Virus record (IMG/VR): IMGVR_UViG_3300032323_001405
Coordinates: 1 to 31,211 of that record
DNA from: a virus
Taxonomy: Duplodnaviria > Caudoviricetes
Length of the DNA: 31,211 nucleotides
Strand: one strand, 5' to 3'
Shown piece by piece: positions 25,913 through 31,211 of the stretch. A program made the translations under genes and the position numbers. How positions within the stretch are numbered: the stretch's first letter is position 1; each line of letters starts with the position of its first letter. The notes below the pieces were generated by a model. The model ran no database searches. It saw only the letters and a program-made list of their open reading frames with translations, and was not told where the DNA came from.

Positions 25913-26042
25913 ACCTCGTATGGTTGATAAGGTGTCAACTCTTTACGAAGCACTACCCGGTTTGTATTTGAACCTTACGGTTCGCACGGATGCTCTTACA
26001 CTGTTTACGCTACCCGGCTACAGTGTCAATACACCGGACGTA
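25913..26042 (-). promoter_or_regulatory. Structured RNA leader of the major capsid gene (candidate cis-regulatory ncRNA)
   Basis: Two stem-loops share a UCCG/CGGG-UAG bulge. Also a 7 bp pseudoknot pairing, a GUAA tetraloop hairpin and a hairpin overlapping the RBS. Confidence 0.65.
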
Positions 26043-26057
26043 TGCTACTACTGTACC

Positions 26058-27011
26058 CTAACCCTTTTGTTTATTCAACTGTTCAAGCAAAGCATAGTTC
26101 TCGCGTACTTCCCGAACAACCCTGTCATGTTCGACGTGAGATGCGTCGAAGTACGCCGGGTGAGTCATCATCTGTCTTCCGCGTTCGCTGATTTTAACGG
26201 GGTCCATCATATCCGAACCGCTGTTAACGTTGTGCTGGTTGCCGACGCTATTATCTTCCCGGACGTGTTTCTGAATAGACGTATACAACATCGTCGTCAA
26301 CATGCCCAACTGATCGCCAGGTAAAGACGGAATAAGCGCATGAAGTTCTGGCGGCATGTTACGCTGCGCAAACTTAGACGCCGCATCGATTACCTGTTGC
26401 GCGTTCTGCCCGTGCGTCTTGTTCATGTAGTCCATATACTTTTGGTCGGCTGTCTTGCCTTCCTCGATAGACGCCATAAGAGCGTCACGATGATTAGCCA
26501 TAGTAGCTAACTCGAAACCTTTCTGAATCATCTTGCTTTGTTCTGGTCGTAGCCCGGCTTTCTGGAATACGCCTTTCATCATCTCAGCCATCGGACCTTC
26601 ACGGGTCGAATTTAGAAACTCGATAACCGGTTTATCAATTGGCTGTGCGCCTAGTTCTTCCCAGTTCAACGTTTCAAATTCGTAGGCTTTCGGGTCTTCT
26701 GGAACGCCGATACTCTTGTTCCATTCCGCTATCTGTTCCGGCGTTGCATCAGGACCGGGAATTGTCGGGCGGTTGCCTAAGCTCTTTTGAAGTTCGTAGC
26801 GTTGTTTGAACAACTCCTGTACGGGGTTCTCAGTCTTCGCTAGATTCTTTACGTCTTCCGTTTCTCTGTATTCGGCAGGTACAAGCGACATGAAATCAAC
26901 AGGAGGCGCTTGCCCTGCCGTCGCCATGTTGTAGCCGTTATCTGATGTACCTGTAGTTGTATCTACGCTTGATGTTCCAGCGTCATCCGACGTTAACGTT
27001 TCCTGTGTCAT
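26058..27011 (-). CDS. Capsid assembly scaffolding protein
   Basis: IPGPDATPEQIAEWNKSIGVPEDPKAYEF and C-terminal HPAYFDASHVEHDRVVREV. Start moved to ATG 27011 because of the GAGGAAG RBS. Confidence 0.8.
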   Translation of the reverse strand: MTQETLTSDDAGTSSVDTTTGTSDNGYNMATAGQAPPVDFMSLVPAEYRETEDVKNLAKTENPVQELFKQRYELQKSLGNRPTIPGPDATPEQIAEWNKSIGVPEDPKAYEFETLNWEELGAQPIDKPVIEFLNSTREGPMAEMMKGVFQKAGLRPEQSKMIQKGFELATMANHRDALMASIEEGKTADQKYMDYMNKTHGQNAQQVIDAASKFAQRNMPPELHALIPSLPGDQLGMLTTMLYTSIQKHVREDNSVGNQHNVNSGSDMMDPVKISERGRQMMTHPAYFDASHVEHDRVVREVRENYALLEQLNKQKG

Positions 27012-27384
27012 CTTCCTCTTTCTCCCTCGGTTTCGGGTCTTCAATTAAATGCCGCACGTCATGCGGTATGAAGTTCCGTATGATCACCCACAAATGCCGT
27101 TGTGCTTCATTTTTAATAAGCAAACGGTTTGACAGTTCGCCACTGCCAATAGCTTCTAATCCGGTCGTATGATAGCCACATTCGCGCATGATCAGGTTCA
27201 ATACTAACTGACCATCGGGCGTTCGTGCTAACCTTTCAAACGCTCTGTCTAACTCTGTCGGTTGACGTTGCGCGTCGTTCTCTTTAGCTATCTTCTGTTT
27301 GATGTACTCGGTTAACGGGTTCGGTACTTCGCGTTCAAGCTCACCTAATCCCGATAACGGGTTCTCTACGTATTTAGATTCCAC
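26983..27384 (-). CDS. Bbp19-like conserved phage protein between portal and scaffold
   Basis: F..TPDGQLVL..IM..CGY...NEAQRHL...I pattern and synteny. Confidence 0.7.
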   Translation of the reverse strand: MESKYVENPLSGLGELEREVPNPLTEYIKQKIAKENDAQRQPTELDRAFERLARTPDGQLVLNLIMRECGYHTTGLEAIGSGELSNRLLIKNEAQRHLWVIIRNFIPHDVRHLIEDPKPREKEEDDTGNVNVG

Positions 27385-29165
27385 TACGCCGCCCTAGCCC
27401 CCATCTTACCTATCGCTGCTACCGCGTTCCCTGCATTCAACGCCGTCTCTGATTGCATGTTCTCAGCCATCATCTGTTGTTGTGCCGCTTGTTGTTTCGC
27501 TTGTTCATCGCGGAACTTCATAACGACTTCCATAGACTTGATAAGCGATGCAGGCGCACCGGTTAATTGTCTCGTCAATCTTACCAGTTCATCGAAGTCA
27601 ATGTTGTCCAGAATAGACGGCGCTGCTTGTGCGGCTTGCATAACCATCATTAACAGACGCTCGATACCTTGTAGTTCTTCTGCTTGCATAATGCGCATAG
27701 CAGGCGCAATGTACGTAACCTTGTAAGCGTCACGGTTTTGCATGATTCGTTGTAATACTATTTGCGGTACAGTCTCAACGCCCATCGCTTGCGCGGCTTC
27801 CCATTCATCCATTGAATGCGGTACATAGCCAAAGAAGTTCCGGTTAAACAAGATGTTGAATGATCGTTCGATTAACGGCGTAAACAATTCGGCTATCTGG
27901 CGCGCGTATACAAGGTTCAACGATTGACCGCGAAGGTCGTTCAACATCGTTGCCTCGGTAGCTGTGATACGGCTACGGTCAGTTTGTAAGTCTGTCAGAC
28001 GGTCGATAAAGAAAGCCATCTCAATGATGCGCGCCAGTTCCGTAATCCGTTGATACGTAGACTGCATCTCGGTAATCGTGATGATAGGTTCAATAGCGGG
28101 GCGGCTATTTGATTCTTGCGTCCTGCCGCCCATCTTCCTGTAGTTCTGCGCCCCGGCGCTGGTTCTAACTCGACCGTTACTCATAACGTCCGGGTCGTTA
28201 ACAGTCATCGGCGGATTCAACATCTTCTCGGTTCCGACGATAGACGCTTCGCGGAACATATTAGCTTCAAGGATATCGGGCATCGCTTCCATAGCAGGAG
28301 AACGCCCGTATTTCTCGCCGGTCTGCCCTTTGTAGAAACGGGTAACTAGAATCGGCATTTCCCAGAAACCGGATTCTTTCAATACGTGATCATGATCAAT
28401 CTCTATGTGGATAGACATGACCGGCATATTCTCACTGCCAAAGTTATCCGGTACGCCGTCGATCCGGGGTTCGATTGCGTGTAGAACGCATATCTTAGTT
28501 TCCGGGTCTTGGGCGTACATTTCCTTGGCTTTCTTGGAAACGTTCTTGTATCCAAACTCTTGAATCAGTTGCTTGACCGTCATAGACTTTTCGATATAAA
28601 CCGTATCGACAAAGCCGTTCATGCCTTCGCCAATGCACATGCATTTAACGTCATACGCGCGATAGGTGATAGGTAACGCGTCATCGTCTGGATTCTCAAA
28701 GATACCTAAGCCAGCGGTACCGAACGCGCCATTGTCCGTTTCGACTTCCATCAAGGACGTAAGCAAGCCCGCGCGGTAGTTATCCATTACCGACGCCAGG
28801 CGCTTAGATGTTTTGTCGTACCACTTCTTTAGATCGTCGCTACCCGCTTCCTCGTTCGTCATATCGTCCGGGGGGTCGATACGAAAAGAACGCGGACCAT
28901 TCGGATATAAAGCACCTAACAAAGACGCTGCCATAAGCTGATTGGCTCTTGGCGCGGTACCGTCGAATATTTGACCGGTGAGTATTTGCCCTTGCTGTAA
29001 CTCCTGATTGAAGTTCTGTTTGCGCGACATGACAAACTCGCCTATCAGGCGATAAGTGTTTATCCACGGTTCTTTCTCCGCTTTCAGTTTCTTATGGCGC
29101 GAGACAATGCGCTGAACTTTCGATTCAGCGGGCATCTTCATTTCAGGTACAGCGGTATCGTACAT
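27384..29165 (-). CDS. Portal (head-to-tail connector) protein
   Basis: IFDGTA..A...A..L, D.GAFGTA, GEKYGRSPAMEAMPDI, RITATEA, ELFTPLIERSF.IL and a Gln-rich C-terminus. Confidence 0.93.
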   Translation of the reverse strand: MYDTAVPEMKMPAESKVQRIVSRHKKLKAEKEPWINTYRLIGEFVMSRKQNFNQELQQGQILTGQIFDGTAPRANQLMAASLLGALYPNGPRSFRIDPPDDMTNEEAGSDDLKKWYDKTSKRLASVMDNYRAGLLTSLMEVETDNGAFGTAGLGIFENPDDDALPITYRAYDVKCMCIGEGMNGFVDTVYIEKSMTVKQLIQEFGYKNVSKKAKEMYAQDPETKICVLHAIEPRIDGVPDNFGSENMPVMSIHIEIDHDHVLKESGFWEMPILVTRFYKGQTGEKYGRSPAMEAMPDILEANMFREASIVGTEKMLNPPMTVNDPDVMSNGRVRTSAGAQNYRKMGGRTQESNSRPAIEPIITITEMQSTYQRITELARIIEMAFFIDRLTDLQTDRSRITATEATMLNDLRGQSLNLVYARQIAELFTPLIERSFNILFNRNFFGYVPHSMDEWEAAQAMGVETVPQIVLQRIMQNRDAYKVTYIAPAMRIMQAEELQGIERLLMMVMQAAQAAPSILDNIDFDELVRLTRQLTGAPASLIKSMEVVMKFRDEQAKQQAAQQQMMAENMQSETALNAGNAVAAIGKMGARAA

Positions 29166-29458
29166 TACGCCGCCTGTAAGAATCGTTGTCTCATGCTACC
29201 CGGATTAGTGTTCAAAAATGAACCGCCTGCGCCGAAATATGCGCCAGAAGATTTTCGGCTTCCTTGCGCCGTTTTCTTGTCTTCCATCTGCGCGTCAAGC
29301 TGCATCTGCATAAACTGTTGGTTCTGTTGCTGCATCTGCATCATCATATCGTTTTGCGACTTTGACATTGCCTGCATCATTTGCGCGTTCTGTTGCTGCT
29401 GTTGCTGCATCATCGCACCTGAGTTGTCTTTCTTTCCGCCACCGAATAATCCTGACAT
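29165..29458 (-). CDS. Small Gln/Met-rich virion-associated protein upstream of the portal
   Basis: MSGLFGGGKK start, GGAGG RBS and TAATG coupling to the portal. Confidence 0.75.
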   Translation of the reverse strand: MSGLFGGGKKDNSGAMMQQQQQQNAQMMQAMSKSQNDMMMQMQQQNQQFMQMQLDAQMEDKKTAQGSRKSSGAYFGAGGSFLNTNPGSMRQRFLQAA

Positions 29459-29467
29459 TACACCCTC

Positions 29468-29680
29468 CTATGAGTACGCGTGCAGTACCGTTGCAAGTGT
29501 TGCAAGATCTGCGTTGATTTGTGTTACCCTACTTTTAGCGCTACGAATGACCGGTAGTTTCGCTGGATCTGTTTCCAATTCTTCCGCAGAAGTGATTCGT
29601 TCTAAGGCGTTAACCACCATGCGATTGGCGTTAGCAATCTGCCCGGCGGCTTTATTCATCTCGGAATTTGCTTTAGCCAT
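29468..29680 (-). CDS. Hypothetical protein (70 aa)
   Basis: AAGGGG RBS, with a 9 nt gap on each side. Confidence 0.7.
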   Translation of the reverse strand: MAKANSEMNKAAGQIANANRMVVNALERITSAEELETDPAKLPVIRSAKSRVTQINADLATLATVLHAYS

Positions 29681-29689
29681 GTGCGCCCC

Positions 29690-30787
29690 TTATAGTAGAT
29701 TTAACTCGCTGCCGCCAAAACTAAAAGCCCTGGTAGCCGTTGTTAAAGTAGTTACATACTGAATCGCCTGAAGATCCGCCGAAGCCGACGGTAGCAAAGT
29801 ACTGTGTGTTGCTACGGTTACACCGTTTATTTTAAACACAACTTGCGATGGACTAGTAGCGTCTATTGTAAGCGTGTAAGTGGTGTTCGTAGCAATGGCT
29901 TGCGTAGTAGTCGTAGCTGTTACCGATCCACCGTTATTACAAGTAACTGTACGCCAAAATGCGGTGCCGTCCGTAGCTGGGCAGTACCGAAAGCCCATAA
30001 GGTTGTTATTGATTCCGGCGTCTTGGTTAGCGACTTGTGAATTGTTATCAGTCAGGCAGAACCATAGCCGTATGTTGGCTATAGATGCGCCTGTCCGTAT
30101 CTTCATAGTGTAGATCGGTTTTTGTTCGTAGCTGGTTACAGCGCCCCCGCTATTCCATCCAGCAAGCGCACCGTTAACTGCGGTAGTGGTAAAAGTTGTA
30201 AACCCGCCCGTACTGTCGTTATTGCCATTAGTAGCGCTTGCGTTTTGTATGGTGGCAACGTAGTCAGCTAACAAAGTGGCACTGCCAACGGGTTCGGATG
30301 GGTACACGCGACGCGTAAAACGTGCCGCCGCTATATTCGTAGCGAGTACATAAGGATCTACAGAAGTAATCGCGTTGGCTGCTGTTACGCCAAGAACGTT
30401 CCCCAATGTTACCGCATTGGGGTAAGTCACCGTGGATTGTGATATGACGTTTGACCCGGTGGCAATAGGTATAGTGCCAGTTGCATAGGCATCCGCCCAT
30501 GTCGTCGTAGTCGTTAGTAGGTTAGTACCGTTCGACCGCCAAAGAGTTCCAGCACTACCCACGGTGGCAGGTACAGTATACGGTGTTTCTTCAAAACTGT
30601 TACCGTCGCCGCGTAGCAACGTTCCGGTTGCACCCGTGTTCGCGGTGCTACCGGTACCGCCTTGCCCCGCTGTTACCGGTGCTGTCAGCCCGCCACCACC
30701 GCCCGTATTCCAACCGACAGCCGGACTGTCCGCGTAAGCCGGTAGCGCCAAAAGAATTGATAGAAATAAACCAGTCAACAACTTCAT
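29690..30787 (-). CDS. Tail-fibre-like protein with an N-terminal Sec signal peptide
   Basis: MKLLTGLFLSILLALPAYA|DSP; PVTAGQGGTG and roughly 24 aa shaft-like repeats; C-terminal domain paralogous to the tail fibre tip. Confidence 0.8.
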   Translation of the reverse strand: MKLLTGLFLSILLALPAYADSPAVGWNTGGGGGLTAPVTAGQGGTGSTANTGATGTLLRGDGNSFEETPYTVPATVGSAGTLWRSNGTNLLTTTTTWADAYATGTIPIATGSNVISQSTVTYPNAVTLGNVLGVTAANAITSVDPYVLATNIAAARFTRRVYPSEPVGSATLLADYVATIQNASATNGNNDSTGGFTTFTTTAVNGALAGWNSGGAVTSYEQKPIYTMKIRTGASIANIRLWFCLTDNNSQVANQDAGINNNLMGFRYCPATDGTAFWRTVTCNNGGSVTATTTTQAIATNTTYTLTIDATSPSQVVFKINGVTVATHSTLLPSASADLQAIQYVTTLTTATRAFSFGGSELNLL

Positions 30788-31209
30788 TGGATACCCTCTA
30801 CTTGAATCGCGCCCGTAAGTATTGTCTTAGCTACAAGTTCTAACGTCCTGGCGTAAGCGATTATACCAAGAGCTTGTGACGTTGTTGGTAGGTCGGTTGC
30901 GTGAGTGTTGACCAAAACACCGTTAATTAGGAATTTTATAGACGCTGGATCGGTAGCATCTACGCATAGCGTGTAAGCGGTATTCACTGCGATTGCTGTT
31001 GTGGTCGCGTTGACCGTTCCGCCTACACCGGCATCATTTGTAAGTGTACGCCAAAATGCCGTACCGTCTGCGGCGGGGGAATACCTGAAACCCGCAAAAT
31101 GCGTAGCTGGTAGATCCGCTGCTATCTGTGTTGCAACGTTGCTTGTTAGCCCTACGAAGATTCGCAACGTGGCTAGACTAGCCCCCGTTTTTATGTGAAA
31201 GAAAGCACG
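30784..31209 (-). CDS. C-terminal part of a third fibre-tip paralogue (5' end outside the window)
   Basis: The frame stays open to the window edge (RAFFHIKTGASLATLRIFVGL...). Contains FRYSPAADGTAFWR and INGVLVNTHATDLP. Confidence 0.82.
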   Translation of the reverse strand, partial: RAFFHIKTGASLATLRIFVGLTSNVATQIAADLPATHFAGFRYSPAADGTAFWRTLTNDAGVGGTVNATTTAIAVNTAYTLCVDATDPASIKFLINGVLVNTHATDLPTTSQALGIIAYARTLELVAKTILTGAIQVEGIQ

Positions 31210-31211
31210 GG

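Larger units (their letters stand above)
1..31211. mobile_element. Podovirus-type phage/prophage genome segment (APSE-like replication arm, BPP-1/T7-like structural arm)
   Basis: Contiguous, tightly packed phage genes. DUF2800-DUF2815-PolA lie on +; portal-scaffold-capsid-tail tubes-internal virion proteins-fibre-lysin lie on -. No host housekeeping genes are present. Confidence 0.96.

Noticed and set aside
25913-26042. Twister, HDV-like or hammerhead ribozyme, or SAM riboswitch
   Set aside because: I could not fit the conserved catalytic or ligand-binding cores by eye, so it is kept as an unassigned structured leader.
29094-29762. 222 aa Cys-rich + strand ORF
   Set aside because: Antisense shadow of CAG/ATG-rich (Gln/Met) codons in the real - strand genes.
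1-31211. Alternative genetic code, tRNA genes, phage RNA polymerase promoters, host assignment
   Set aside because: Genes are full length in the standard code with all three stop codons used. I saw no cloverleaf, RNAP gene or repeated long promoter. The sequence alone does not identify the host.

Overview
This window is most of a podovirus-type phage or prophage genome, with two convergent arms meeting at about 10,270. The + arm (1-10,267) is a replication and accessory module. It carries an SNF2-type helicase fused in frame to a separately initiable protein, a Cas4-like DUF2800 nuclease, a DUF2815 ssDNA-binding protein, a family A DNA polymerase (Leu at the 762-equivalent position), a dNMP kinase, a RuvC-like resolvase and an RHH regulator. 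It ends in a compositionally distinct cassette with a Thg1-like 3'-5' polymerase. The - arm (31,211 to 10,288) is a BPP-1/T7-like morphogenesis module: portal, scaffold, major capsid, two paralogous decoration-like proteins, tail tubular A and B, a GNAT-like protein, three internal virion proteins, tail fibre, GH19 endolysin and small membrane proteins. No terminase, primase, integrase, tRNA, CRISPR array or reverse transcriptase is visible. The main observations are: (1) one C-terminal domain is shared by the tail fibre and two distant genes, one of which has a Sec signal peptide; (2) a pseudoknotted leader with a duplicated bulge motif precedes the capsid gene; (3) the Thg1-like cassette; (4) GGCC appears to be absent from the whole window. 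All family assignments come from motif recognition by eye, not from database searches.
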